DNA from: an uncultured Eubacteriales bacterium
GTDB taxonomy: Bacteria; Bacillota; Clostridia; Oscillospirales; CAG-272
Reading direction: 5' to 3'
Length of the DNA stretch: 64,000 nt
Assembly: GCA_934474225.1 (NCBI GenBank)
Contig: CAKSLU010000007.1
Location: forward strand, 5,755 to 69,754
The notes beneath the pieces were generated by a model. It saw nothing but the letters and a program-made list of their open reading frames with translations. It was not told the DNA's origin and ran no database searches. Each line of letters opens with the position of its first letter. The first letter of the stretch is position 1. The position numbers and the translations under genes are program-made. Of this stretch, positions 27,988 to 40,061 are shown in pieces.

Positions 27988-28800
27988 CTATTCCCGCGGG
28001 AACGTGCCGTCCTTTTCGCAGTCGGCAATCAGCGCGCGGTACTTGCTCGGCGACACGCCGAAATGCGCCTTGAAGCGCCGCGAAAAGTTCATGCAGTCGC
28101 CGTAACCCGCGCGGCTTGCCGCCGCGGCGACGCTCTCGCCGTCCACCGAGAGCAGATGCGCGGCGTGCTCCATGCGCACCCCGGCGAGATACTGCTTCGG
28201 CGAGGTGCCGGTCTCGCGGCGGAACACCGTGCTGAAATAGCTGCGCTCCAGATTCAGCGCCCGCGCGATGTCCGAGACGCGAATCGGCTTTGCGTAATTC
28301 TCCTCGATATAGCGCTTGGCGGCGGTGACATAGGGATTCTGCCGCGTGCCGTGCGCCGCCTGCATGCGGATGAGCGCCGCAAAGAGCGCCCACAGCAAGG
28401 ATGTGACCGCCTCGCGCGCACCGGGCTCCTCCCTGGCGGCGTCCAGGCAGTCGGCAAACAGACTGCCGAGCGACGGCGCGGTGAGCACATCGGCATCCAG
28501 CAGCGCGGGCAGCTCCAGGTCGCAGTGGAAGTTGATCCAGATATAGTGCCACGGCTCGGTCTTGTCGGCGGTGTAGACATGCGGGCGGTGCGGCCGCACC
28601 ACAAAAATCTGGGACGGCAGCACATCGTAGGTCACGCCGCCGGTGGAAAAGCTGCCCTTGCCCGACACAACGAAATGCAGCATCCAGTACGGGCGCGTGC
28701 ACCCGACCGAAAAGCCGGGCGCGCACTGCTCCGTGCCGCAGCAGACCGGGCTGAGCCCGGGCAGACGCTTATCGTCAAAGCGGTAATTTTCGCAAAGCAT
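27988..28800 (-). CDS. AraC family transcriptional regulator
   Basis: 270 aa with an N-terminal cupin-like sensor and a C-terminal double HTH (SYFSTVFRRETGTSPKQYL...). Confidence 0.9.
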   Translation of the reverse strand: MLCENYRFDDKRLPGLSPVCCGTEQCAPGFSVGCTRPYWMLHFVVSGKGSFSTGGVTYDVLPSQIFVVRPHRPHVYTADKTEPWHYIWINFHCDLELPALLDADVLTAPSLGSLFADCLDAAREEPGAREAVTSLLWALFAALIRMQAAHGTRQNPYVTAAKRYIEENYAKPIRVSDIARALNLERSYFSTVFRRETGTSPKQYLAGVRMEHAAHLLSVDGESVAAAASRAGYGDCMNFSRRFKAHFGVSPSKYRALIADCEKDGTFPRE

Positions 28801-28905
28801 GGCGTTCTCCTTTATTTCTATTGTAACAGCAAAGCGGACATTTTCGGCTATCGCCGCCGGTCGGCGTTTTGCACAACCGGGGCGGCGAAATTTCAGCAGT
28901 CTGCC

Positions 28906-32127
<3,222 letters not shown>

Positions 32128-32128
32128 T

Positions 32129-32235
32129 CAGCCCCCTCGGTGAGGGGGCTGTCACCGATAGGTGACTAGGGGAGTTTTGCAGAGAGCAAGACTCCTTCCG
32201 TCGGCTTCGCCGACACCTCCCTCAACGAGGGAGGT
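32129..32235 (+). repeat. R1 five-hairpin element, subtype b
   Basis: CAGCCCCCTCGGTGAGGGGGCTG / GTCACCGATAGGTGAC / GGAGTTTTGC..AGACTCC / GTCGGCTTCGCCGAC / CCTCCCTCAACGAGGGAGG. Confidence 0.88.
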
Positions 32236-32259
32236 AAAAGGAGTAGTCTGCGCACGGTT

Positions 32260-32458
32260 GCGGCGGGAGCAAGCCCCCGCCCTACGGTGGAGTGGGGACA
32301 GAGTTCGCCTTCCCCGGCGGGGGAAGGTGGCGAGCTTGCCTCGTCGGATGAGGCGTTGCCGCATCTCATGCGGCGAACACGGCGGGAGCGAGCCCCTGCC
32401 CTACGGCATGTAGAAAATCTTTGCTAACCTGTAGGGACCGGCGTCCGGGGCGGTCCGG
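32260..32458. repeat. REP-like units plus a degenerate c-type R1 fragment
   Basis: GCGGCGGGAGCAAGCCCCCGCCCTAC (32260-32285). Degenerate fragment CCTTCCCCGGCGGGGGAAGG..GATGAGG.. (about 32304-32372). ACGGCGGGAGCGAGCCCCTGCCCTAC (32379-32404), a 26-nt linker, then GTAGGGACCGGCGTCCGGGGCGGTCCGG (32431-32458). Confidence 0.75.
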
Positions 32459-32464
32459 TTTAGC

Positions 32465-34516
32465 TTACTTCTCCTCTACCTTAAACAGCGCGTGGTCGAA
32501 GCCGAGGGTGTGGATGGCATAGAGCCGATAGGCATTGACCCAGGAAATGAGCCAGTTGTTGAAATGCCCGCGCTCCTCCACCGGGCGGTAGCGCGTCCAG
32601 CGGCAGCCGAAGAACGCCTCGTTCTGCCCGCCGCGCGGGCGCAGCGTGCCGTTTATCACCGTGTTGTCGTCGAGCGCGATGCAGAGCGTGGCATTGTGCC
32701 AGAGCGCGCGGGCGCGGGCAAACCAGCGGTCGTCGCCCGTGATTTGCCCAAGGCGGACAAATTCGGGCGCGGCGAGCGAGCCCCAGGAATCAATGGCGTG
32801 ATGCTGCACCGAGACCGCCGTGCCGCCCCGCGTGTGGTAGCCGTAGCGCGCAAAATCCGAGGCGGCGGGGTAGAGCGCGTCGTACCGGTACGCCCAAGAA
32901 TCAAAATAGTACCCGCACATCTCGGCGCGCGTGCGGTAGACCGGGTCGCCGGTCTCGTCATAGAGGTCGAGCGCGGCGCGCAGCAGCGGCCAGACCGTCT
33001 CCTTGTCCACCGAGGCGCAGTCGATGGCGCCTGCCGTCAGCGAAAAGGCGTCGAGATCGCGGCGCGCGTAGAAATCAAACCCGCGCACGGCGCCGTCGAG
33101 GTATTTTTTCTCCCCGGTCGCGCGGTAGACTTCGACAAGTGCAGGCAGCGCAAACGCGCCGATGGTGCCGGTCGCGTCAAAGCTCGAACCGTCAAAGCGA
33201 TACGCCTTGCCGAAACCGTTTTCTTCGTCAAAGTGGTCGAGGAAGAAGTCGCAGGTGCGGCGCGCAAAGGCGAGATAATCCGGGCGGTCGATGCCCGCGC
33301 CGCGCAGCAGCATATAGCAGCGCGCGAAGGACGCCGCGCCCCAGCCGAGGTTGCAGAGTTCGGGATACCACCCCTTGCCGCCCTTGTTCGTGCCGCCGGG
33401 AATGTGGAAGTTGGCTAAAATCTTCGTGTCCGACACGGCGGGACGCCATGCGGGTTCGCCGGGCGCGGGGTACCACTCGTAGTGCGCGAGGAACAGCCCG
33501 TTTTCCGCCTGTTTTTCGACCCAGGCATCGAGGTTTTCGAGCGCGGCGTCGAGGAACGACCGTTCCCCCGTGCGCAGATATTCGCAGATGTAAAGCTGAC
33601 TGTTCAGCGCGCCCTGCCCTGCCCAGCCGATCTCAAACGAGGCAGCAGGCGGCGCAAAAGCGGGTGCGCCGAAGTCGGCGCGGCGCGCCGATGCAAAGAG
33701 GTTGTGCCCGCGGTATTCGCGCCGCAGGCTGCCGATGTAGGCAATGCCCGCATCCCACAGCGTGCGCGCGTCGGCGACGGGCGGCATGTCGGGACTGCGT
33801 AGTGCATCCAGGCGGTCGATGAGGCTTGCCATGCCGAAGTTCTTCCACTTCGGCGCGCCGACAAAGATATAAAAGGTAAAGATTTTTTCTTCGCCCGGGG
33901 CAAATTCGAGATAAGTCTCAAGCGGCGCGGTCAGCGTGTCGGTATTCGTATAGGAATACGGCGACTCGATGTAGGGATAATACAGGTGATGGTCGAGGCT
34001 GCCGTCCGCATTTTCGGTGAGCGAAACCGAGGAGACCAGCGAGGTCTCGTCCGTGTCTGCGGCAAACAGCGCGGCGACGCGGGACGCATCCTCGGTGAGC
34101 GAGCAGGACGGAATGCCGGTGCGGTCGTAGGCGAAGATCCAGGGCTTGCCGTCCTTCTCAAAGCCGTGCGGGTAATTGCCGCCGCCGGGATTGCCGTTGT
34201 AGTTGACGCAGGGAATGACGAAATGGTCGCGGGTAAAGCAGTCGCGCAGGGTGGTCACCAGCTGCACGCGGCGGGTTTCATCCGCCGTGCTTTGCACCAG
34301 GCGGCGCAGGCGGCAGAGCCCGCCGCCGAGGTCGTGTGCCTCGTCCCGCACGGCAAAGCCGTGCCCCGCATATGTACCGTCCGCCGCCACGGCAAGCGGC
34401 AGCGTCTCGCCCGCCTCTGTGCGCACGGCGGGCGGCAGCAGCACGGCAAAGGCGTCGCCCGCACCGTCCGACGCAAGCAGTCCGCAGTCCGCACCCTGCC
34501 TTCCGAAAACAAACAT
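32465..34516 (-). CDS. Hypothetical 683-aa protein, possibly a six-hairpin (alpha/alpha)6 glycosidase-like enzyme
   Basis: ATG 34516 follows GGAGGC. No signal peptide and no motif I can assign to a named family. The C-terminal half is rich in W/Y/helix repeats, and the gene lies in the glycan locus. Confidence 0.6.
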   Translation of the reverse strand: MFVFGRQGADCGLLASDGAGDAFAVLLPPAVRTEAGETLPLAVAADGTYAGHGFAVRDEAHDLGGGLCRLRRLVQSTADETRRVQLVTTLRDCFTRDHFVIPCVNYNGNPGGGNYPHGFEKDGKPWIFAYDRTGIPSCSLTEDASRVAALFAADTDETSLVSSVSLTENADGSLDHHLYYPYIESPYSYTNTDTLTAPLETYLEFAPGEEKIFTFYIFVGAPKWKNFGMASLIDRLDALRSPDMPPVADARTLWDAGIAYIGSLRREYRGHNLFASARRADFGAPAFAPPAASFEIGWAGQGALNSQLYICEYLRTGERSFLDAALENLDAWVEKQAENGLFLAHYEWYPAPGEPAWRPAVSDTKILANFHIPGGTNKGGKGWYPELCNLGWGAASFARCYMLLRGAGIDRPDYLAFARRTCDFFLDHFDEENGFGKAYRFDGSSFDATGTIGAFALPALVEVYRATGEKKYLDGAVRGFDFYARRDLDAFSLTAGAIDCASVDKETVWPLLRAALDLYDETGDPVYRTRAEMCGYYFDSWAYRYDALYPAASDFARYGYHTRGGTAVSVQHHAIDSWGSLAAPEFVRLGQITGDDRWFARARALWHNATLCIALDDNTVINGTLRPRGGQNEAFFGCRWTRYRPVEERGHFNNWLISWVNAYRLYAIHTLGFDHALFKVEEK

Positions 34517-34586
34517 TTGTGCCTCCAGTCCGTCTCGGCACAAAATCGTCGTATGTACCAAAACAATCCGCATAAATTCTGTTTTC

Positions 34587-34615
34587 ATTATGCGTTTTTG
34601 CACACGAAAAGTCAA
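34587..34615 (-). promoter_or_regulatory. Candidate SigA promoter of the 683-aa gene
   Basis: Minus strand reads TTGACT, 17 nt, then CATAAT, about 70 nt upstream of the ATG. Confidence 0.45.
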
Positions 34616-34777
34616 CCGCTATCCCATTATACCACAGATACGAGCAGAACGACACAACAAACAGACAGATATATATCGCCGTTTTGTGTGCATTTTCCCT
34701 TATTTTCCACGCAAAAAGGCGGGTATCCCTTTGCCGCGCACAGATTTGCCCGAATTTGCGCTTTTGTGTGGTGACGT

Positions 34778-34931
34778 GGCGTCCCTTGGGGGAAGGCTAA
34801 GACGCGGCGGGAGCAAGCCCCCGCCCTACGGTGTGTAGAAACGCTTTGCAAACTCGGTAGGGGTCGGCGCCTCGACGACCCGCAATCGTGCGCAATCCAA
34901 TTTCGGCTCCCCTGTAGGCGAAGATAGATTC
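34778..34931. repeat. REP-like doublet flanked by an orphan c-type hairpin and an internally deleted R1
   Basis: GGCGTCCCTTGGGGGAAGGC (34778-34797). GCGGCGGGAGCAAGCCCCCGCCCTAC (34804-34829), a 27-nt linker, then GTAGGGGTCGGCGCCTCGACGACCCG (34857-34882). TTCGGCTCCCCTGTAGGCGAAGATAG (about 34905-34930) joins the left arm of H1 directly to the usual 3' flank of H5. Confidence 0.75.
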
Positions 34932-34943
34932 CGCGGCGCACTC

Positions 34944-34972
34944 TTGCTTTTTTCGACAGCATATGCTATACT
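34944..34972 (+). promoter_or_regulatory. Candidate SigA promoter (extended -10) of the lipid kinase gene
   Basis: TTGCTT, 17 nt, then TG-C-TATACT, about 55 nt upstream of ATG 35028. Confidence 0.5.
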
Positions 34973-35027
34973 GTAGGTTGGATATTTGGCGAATGCTTGT
35001 CAAACGCACGCGAAAGGAAAACGCGCG

Positions 35028-35978
35028 ATGAAACATGTGTTTATTCTCAACCCGAAAGCCGGCAGCGGCGCGCATCTCGACGAAGCGCGCGACGCCATCC
35101 GCCGCCTCGGCGGCGATGTGACCGTCTACGAGACCAAGGCACCGAAGGACGCGACGCGGTACATACGCGCATGGTGCGAAAGCCATACTGAAGATGTGCG
35201 GTTCTACGCCTGCGGCGGGGACGGCACCATCAAGGAGGTTGCCGAGGGCATCCTCGGCTTTCCGCACGCCAGCATGTCCTGCTTTCCCATCGGCAGCGGC
35301 AACGACTTTGTGAAATACTACGGCGGGCGCGAACGCTTTGCCGACCTCGCGGCACTGACCGCCGCGGACGCCCTGCCCGTGGACATGATTACCCTCGGGA
35401 ACGAATATTCTGTAAATGTCTGCAACTTCGGCTTTGACGCCGCCGTTGCCGAAACGATGAACCGCGTGCGCCGCGTGCCGCTTCTCGGCGGCAGGCACGC
35501 CTACACCACCGGTATTTTGCGCGCGCTCGTCACCGCACGGCGCAATCACTGCGACATCTACGCCGGCGGCGAAAAGCTGACGGGCAAAGCCTTTCTGCTC
35601 TGCACCATTGCCAACGGCGCGTATGTCGGCGGCGCTTTTCGCTGTGCGCCCCGCGCGAAAAACGACGACGGCAGGCTGGAGGTCTGCGTGATGAAGCCGA
35701 TGTCGCTCTTCACCTTTCTCTCCCTGATGGGTCCCTATCGGCGGGGCGAACACCTGGACGACCCCCGCTTTGCCAAGTACATGACCTACCGGCGCGCCGC
35801 GCGCGTGGAGGTCGTGTCGAAAAAGCCCTTCCCGGTCTCGCTGGACGGCGAGATCATCAAGACCGAACGCTTCACCTGCACGGTGCTGCCCGGCGCACTG
35901 CGCTTTGCCGTGCCGAAAACCGCCGTGCCGGAGACAACCGCGGCGGAGCCGAGCGACGCGCCCGTGCCCGCGCTCTGA
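35028..35978 (+). CDS. diacylglycerol/lipid kinase (DagK/YegS family)
   Basis: N-terminus MKHVFILNPKAGSG and a GGDGT motif (ACGGDGTIKEV). ATG 35028 was chosen. Confidence 0.88.
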   Translation: MKHVFILNPKAGSGAHLDEARDAIRRLGGDVTVYETKAPKDATRYIRAWCESHTEDVRFYACGGDGTIKEVAEGILGFPHASMSCFPIGSGNDFVKYYGGRERFADLAALTAADALPVDMITLGNEYSVNVCNFGFDAAVAETMNRVRRVPLLGGRHAYTTGILRALVTARRNHCDIYAGGEKLTGKAFLLCTIANGAYVGGAFRCAPRAKNDDGRLEVCVMKPMSLFTFLSLMGPYRRGEHLDDPRFAKYMTYRRAARVEVVSKKPFPVSLDGEIIKTERFTCTVLPGALRFAVPKTAVPETTAAEPSDAPVPAL

Positions 35979-36023
35979 TTTTTTCTGAAATTTCGGAAAG
36001 TCCAATGTAAAGGAGACTGAACT

Positions 36024-36533
36024 ATGGAGCTGCTCTACACGCTGCTGCTGGCGGTGTTTCTCGCCGTGGCATCGCATTATATCGGGCAGGCGCTGCCGCG
36101 CGAATCCTTCTTTGTCGACCGCTTTCCCTACCGCTCCTTTGCCTTTGAGAAAAACGGCAGCATCTACCGCCGCATCGGCGTGCACAAATGGATGGACATG
36201 GTTCCGGACATGAGCCGCGTGATGGGCGACATGGTGCCGAAGAAACTGCACGCCGGCATGACCGCCGAGGACGTGCGCGTGCTGATTCGCGAGACCTGCG
36301 TCGCCGAGCATGTGCACTTCATGCTGTGTGTGGTCTTTCTCTTTGTGTCCCGCTTCTGGGTGGATAACACCTGGATTTTCTTCTGGCTGATCTATGCCGT
36401 CTGCAACCTGCCGTTCATCATCATCCAGCGCTACAACCGACCGATGCTGGTCCGCCTGCTCCGCCGCATGGAGGCGCGGGAGAGCCGCCTTGCCGCCGCC
36501 GGCGAGCAGGAAGAGGCCACCGCAGAACCGTAA
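36024..36533 (+). CDS. CrtO-family membrane acyltransferase (glycosyl-4,4'-diaponeurosporenoate acyltransferase family)
   Basis: 169 aa. Segments FAFEKNGSIY..HKW, IRETCVAEHVH and NLPFIIIQRYNRPMLVRLL match, from memory, the S. aureus CrtO pattern (FNFEKHGKFW, IIETKRAELIH, NVPIIIVQRYNRPRL). Confidence 0.7.
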   Translation: MELLYTLLLAVFLAVASHYIGQALPRESFFVDRFPYRSFAFEKNGSIYRRIGVHKWMDMVPDMSRVMGDMVPKKLHAGMTAEDVRVLIRETCVAEHVHFMLCVVFLFVSRFWVDNTWIFFWLIYAVCNLPFIIIQRYNRPMLVRLLRRMEARESRLAAAGEQEEATAEP

Positions 36534-36554
36534 CGAAAGGAACCCCTTTTCCCC

Positions 36555-37217
36555 ATGATAGATTATCGTAAATTCCGCTTTTCCAAGCTGAACACCCCGC
36601 AGTTTGCACACCTGAAGCTGCTGCTTTTCTGGCCGATTTACGGTCTCGCCTTTTTCTTTGTGGAGCGCGTCTCCACCGACCGCGTCTGGCGCGTGATGCA
36701 CTGCGCCCTCGACGACCTGATCCCCTTTTGCGAATACTTTGTCATCCCGTACATGTTCTGGTTTGTCTATCTTATCGGCATGCTGCTCTACACGCTGCTC
36801 TGCGACATTCCCGCCTTCAAGCGGCTGATGTGGTTCATCATTTTTACATACTCGGTGACCATCTTTATCTACCTCGTCTATCCCACCTGCCAGAACCTGC
36901 GCCCGACTTCGTTTGAACGCGACAATATTTTCACGCGGTTTCTGACATACTTTTATCAGTTTGACACGAACACCAATGTCAACCCGTCCATCCATGTCAT
37001 CGGCTCGCTCGGCGTGATGTTCACATCCTGGCACACGAAGCGGTTTGAAAAATCGCTGCCGTGGAAGATTCTGTTCACCGTGGTGGGTGTGCTCATCAGC
37101 ATCTCCACCGTGTTCATCAAGCAGCACTCGGCGATCGACATCGCCTGTGCCGTCTTGCTGTGCGGCATCTTCTACCCGGTCATGCAGATCGACTACAAGG
37201 ATGCGGCGCCGCTGTAA
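36555..37217 (+). CDS. PAP2 superfamily membrane phosphatase/phosphotransferase
   Basis: 220 aa, polytopic, with PAP2 C2/C3-like motifs NPSIHV and KQHSAIDI. Confidence 0.75.
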   Translation: MIDYRKFRFSKLNTPQFAHLKLLLFWPIYGLAFFFVERVSTDRVWRVMHCALDDLIPFCEYFVIPYMFWFVYLIGMLLYTLLCDIPAFKRLMWFIIFTYSVTIFIYLVYPTCQNLRPTSFERDNIFTRFLTYFYQFDTNTNVNPSIHVIGSLGVMFTSWHTKRFEKSLPWKILFTVVGVLISISTVFIKQHSAIDIACAVLLCGIFYPVMQIDYKDAAPL

Positions 37218-37245
37218 ATCCATTTGCCAAAGAAGGAGTATACCC

Positions 37246-38661
37246 ATGAGAAAAACCAAAATTGTCTGCACCATCGGTCCCGCCTGCTCGGATGAAAATA
37301 CACTCACCGAAATGTGCCGCGCCGGCATGAATGTCGCGCGCCTCAACTTCTCGCACGGCACGCACGAGGACCATCTCGCCCACATTGAAAAGCTGAAGCG
37401 CATTCGCGAGAAGCTGAAGCTGCCGATTGCGATTCTGCTTGACACCAAGGGGCCGGAATACCGCATCCGCACCTTCAAGGACGGCAAGGTCACCCTCGCC
37501 GAGGGCGACACCTTCACCTTCACCACCGACGAGAGCGTCATCGGCGACGAGACCTGCGTTGCCGTCAGCTATGCCGGGCTTGCCGACGACCTCGAACCGG
37601 GCGACATCATCCTGCTCAACAACGGGCTTCTCGCCTTCCGCGTGACGGAAATCCGCGGCGGCGAGGTCGTCACCACCGTGACGACGGGCGGCGAACTCTC
37701 CGACCGCAAGAGCATGAGTTTCCCCGGCAAGGTGTTAAACCAGGTCTACCTCAGCGAGCAGGACAAGGACGACATCCGCTTCGGCCTCGAAAACGGCGTT
37801 GATTTCATCGCCTGCTCCTTCGTCTCCTGCCGCCAGGACCTCATCGACGTGAAGAACTTCCTGCGCGAATGCGGGGACGACTCTACCGAGCTGATTGCCA
37901 AAATCGAGAACCGCGCGGGCATTGAAAATATCGAAGAAATCTGCGAAGAATGCTCCGGCATCATGATTGGCCGCGGCGACATGGGCGTGGAAATTCCGTT
38001 TGAGGAGCTGCCCTCGATTCAGAAGCAGCTGATCACCAACTGCCGCCTGCTTGGCAAGCGGGTAATCACCGCCACCGAGATGCTGGAATCCATGATTCAC
38101 AACATCCGCCCGACCCGCGCCGAGATCTCGGATGTGGCAAACGCCGTCTACGACGGCACCAGCGCCGTGATGCTCTCGGGCGAGACCGCCGCGGGCAAGT
38201 ACCCGGTGGAGACCGTCGCCACGATGGCGCGCATCGCCGCCGCGGCGGAGGAAGGCATCGAATACGACCGCCGCTACCGCACCTATGAATTCAAAATCAA
38301 GAACACGGTGGATGCGATTTCGCACGCCACCTGCGGCATGGCAATCGACATCGGCGCAAAGGCGATTGCGGTCTGCTCGCTCTCGGGCATGACGGCGCGC
38401 ATGGTCTCGCGCTTCCGCTCGCCGGTGGACATCCTCGGCGTGACGACCAGCGAGAAGACCTTCCGCAAGCTCGCCCTCTCCTGGGGTGTGACGCCGGTGC
38501 TCTGCGAGCCGCTGAACTCGACCGATGTGCTCTTCTACCGTGCAAAGCAGCTTGCCAAAGAGGCGTTTGACCTGCGCTGCGGCGACCTTATCGTGATTAC
38601 CGGCGGCATCACCAACGGCCATTCCGGCAACACGGATTTGATTAAGGTAGAGAAGATATAA
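37246..38661 (+). CDS. pyk: pyruvate kinase
   Basis: ATG 37246 follows GAAGGAG. N-terminus MRKTKIVCTIGPA...MNVARLNFSHG; 471 aa. Confidence 0.95.
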   Translation: MRKTKIVCTIGPACSDENTLTEMCRAGMNVARLNFSHGTHEDHLAHIEKLKRIREKLKLPIAILLDTKGPEYRIRTFKDGKVTLAEGDTFTFTTDESVIGDETCVAVSYAGLADDLEPGDIILLNNGLLAFRVTEIRGGEVVTTVTTGGELSDRKSMSFPGKVLNQVYLSEQDKDDIRFGLENGVDFIACSFVSCRQDLIDVKNFLRECGDDSTELIAKIENRAGIENIEEICEECSGIMIGRGDMGVEIPFEELPSIQKQLITNCRLLGKRVITATEMLESMIHNIRPTRAEISDVANAVYDGTSAVMLSGETAAGKYPVETVATMARIAAAAEEGIEYDRRYRTYEFKIKNTVDAISHATCGMAIDIGAKAIAVCSLSGMTARMVSRFRSPVDILGVTTSEKTFRKLALSWGVTPVLCEPLNSTDVLFYRAKQLAKEAFDLRCGDLIVITGGITNGHSGNTDLIKVEKI

Positions 38662-38699
38662 AGGGAAACGAACCGATACCTGCATGTTTCCGCTATTCC

Positions 38700-38807
38700 G
38701 TAGGGGCGACCATCGGTCGCCCGCCTGCACGATGGCAAAAGCGGGCGACCAATGGTCGCCCCTACGGTTTGTGCGGAGGTTTATGCATACCTGTAGGGAC
38801 CGGCGTC
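38700..38807. repeat. REPIN-like hairpin plus a truncated REP unit
   Basis: GTAGGGGCGACCATCGGTCGCCCG..CGGGCGACCAATGGTCGCCCCTAC (38700-38765). GTAGGGACCGGCGTC (38793-38807) is cut off where the R1 5' flank ATTTTCGG begins. Confidence 0.85.
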
Positions 38808-38813
38808 ATTTTC

Positions 38814-38927
38814 GGCTCCCCTGTGTAAGGGGAGCAGTCACCGTCAGGTGACTGAGGGGTTGTATCTTTACTCTGTAACAATCCCTCCGCCGTCATTCGA
38901 CGGCACCTCCCTTTACACAAGGGAGGC
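38814..38927 (+). repeat. R1 five-hairpin element, subtype a
   Basis: H1 is GGCTCCCCTGTGTAAGGGGAGC, H2 is GTCACCGTCAGGTGAC and H4 is GCCGTCATTCGACGGC; H3 and H5 are canonical. Confidence 0.9.
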
Positions 38928-38967
38928 TTTTCCCCCCCCACATTTTCTACGAAAGGACGGTGCCCCC

Positions 38968-40038
38968 ATGAAACGGTTTCTGCGCGCGGCGGCGCTGCTC
39001 CTTGCCGCGCTGTGCTGCCTGCTGCCGCTGGCGGCGGCGGAACGCGCCTCGCTCTATGTCGGCGACGACGCCTACCGCGGCGACTCACTCTCCCCCTTTA
39101 TCGAATCGGATGGCAAACAACTCGTGTCCCTCGCCGCCTTCGGCGAATTTGACGCACTTACACTCACCGTGTCCGAATCGCTCGGCGCGGCGCTGCTCGA
39201 GGGCGCGGACGGCGTGTACCTCTCCGTGAGCCTCAGTCGTGGGGAATGCCTCGACGAGGCGGGCGAAATCCGCGAAATCGCGCTCTACCGCTACGACGGC
39301 GAACTCTATGTCGAGCCTAACGTCCTCTGCGAAAAATTCGGCATCACTTTTGAGACCGCCTACGCCGCCGACGGCTATCTGCGCGCGCGGCTGACCGACG
39401 GCAGCGAAAGCATGACCTTTCCCGAGCTGCTTGCCGCCTATGACGCGGGCGGCGGCGACGCCAAGGTCAACCTGACCCGCATCACGGGGCGCACGATGGA
39501 CGGCACTTTTCTGCACCCCATTTTCTTAAACCCGCGCGCCGCCATTGTGCCGGGGCTCATCCGCCTGCTGGGCGGACACAGCGCGACCTTTGCGCTCGAC
39601 CCCGCCGACATCGGCGCCTACCGCGAGGTGCTGCCGCTGATTTACGCATCGGGGCACACTGTCGCCTACTATGCGGACGATGCGGCGCTCCGCGCACCCG
39701 CCGCCTTTGCGGCGGAAATGGACAGCGCCAACGACACGCTGTTTGCCCTGCTCGGCAAGACGACGCGCATCTTTGTCTCCACCGAACTGGCAAGCACGCT
39801 GCCGCACATCGACGGCTACTTCGGCAAGGCGTGCCGCATGAACCTCGTCGCGGACGACCTTTCGAGTGAGCGCATGACGAACATGGCGCTTGCCGAGTCG
39901 CCGAGCAACGGCATCTTCAACTTCTCGCTCTCGACCGACGCGGACACCCGTGCGCTCTACAGCGGCTTTTTCAAAAAATTCGACACTTACAAGGCGCTGC
40001 GCTCCATGCCCCTGCATGAAGCCGGTGCGGCGCAGTAA
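38968..40038 (+). CDS. Secreted hypothetical protein (possible divergent polysaccharide-deacetylase-like C-terminal half)
   Basis: ATG 38968 with signal peptide MKRFLRAAALLLAALCCLLPLAAA; 356 aa. The function assignment is weak. Confidence 0.55.
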   Translation: MKRFLRAAALLLAALCCLLPLAAAERASLYVGDDAYRGDSLSPFIESDGKQLVSLAAFGEFDALTLTVSESLGAALLEGADGVYLSVSLSRGECLDEAGEIREIALYRYDGELYVEPNVLCEKFGITFETAYAADGYLRARLTDGSESMTFPELLAAYDAGGGDAKVNLTRITGRTMDGTFLHPIFLNPRAAIVPGLIRLLGGHSATFALDPADIGAYREVLPLIYASGHTVAYYADDAALRAPAAFAAEMDSANDTLFALLGKTTRIFVSTELASTLPHIDGYFGKACRMNLVADDLSSERMTNMALAESPSNGIFNFSLSTDADTRALYSGFFKKFDTYKALRSMPLHEAGAAQ

Positions 40039-40061
40039 CCTCTGCCGGAAAGGACAAACGA

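Noticed and set aside
26456-28726. N-terminal extensions proposed by the ORF track: 756-aa version of the SBP gene, 8151 start for mreC, 37045 start for pyk, 13188 for asnS, 26553 for GH43, 32061 for GH2, 42805 for the YycH-like gene and 38848 for the secreted protein.
   Set aside because: The extensions run through repeats or overlap upstream genes, and they lack RBSs. In each case an internal ATG or GTG with a good Shine-Dalgarno sequence and a canonical N-terminus (signal peptide or family motif) was chosen instead.
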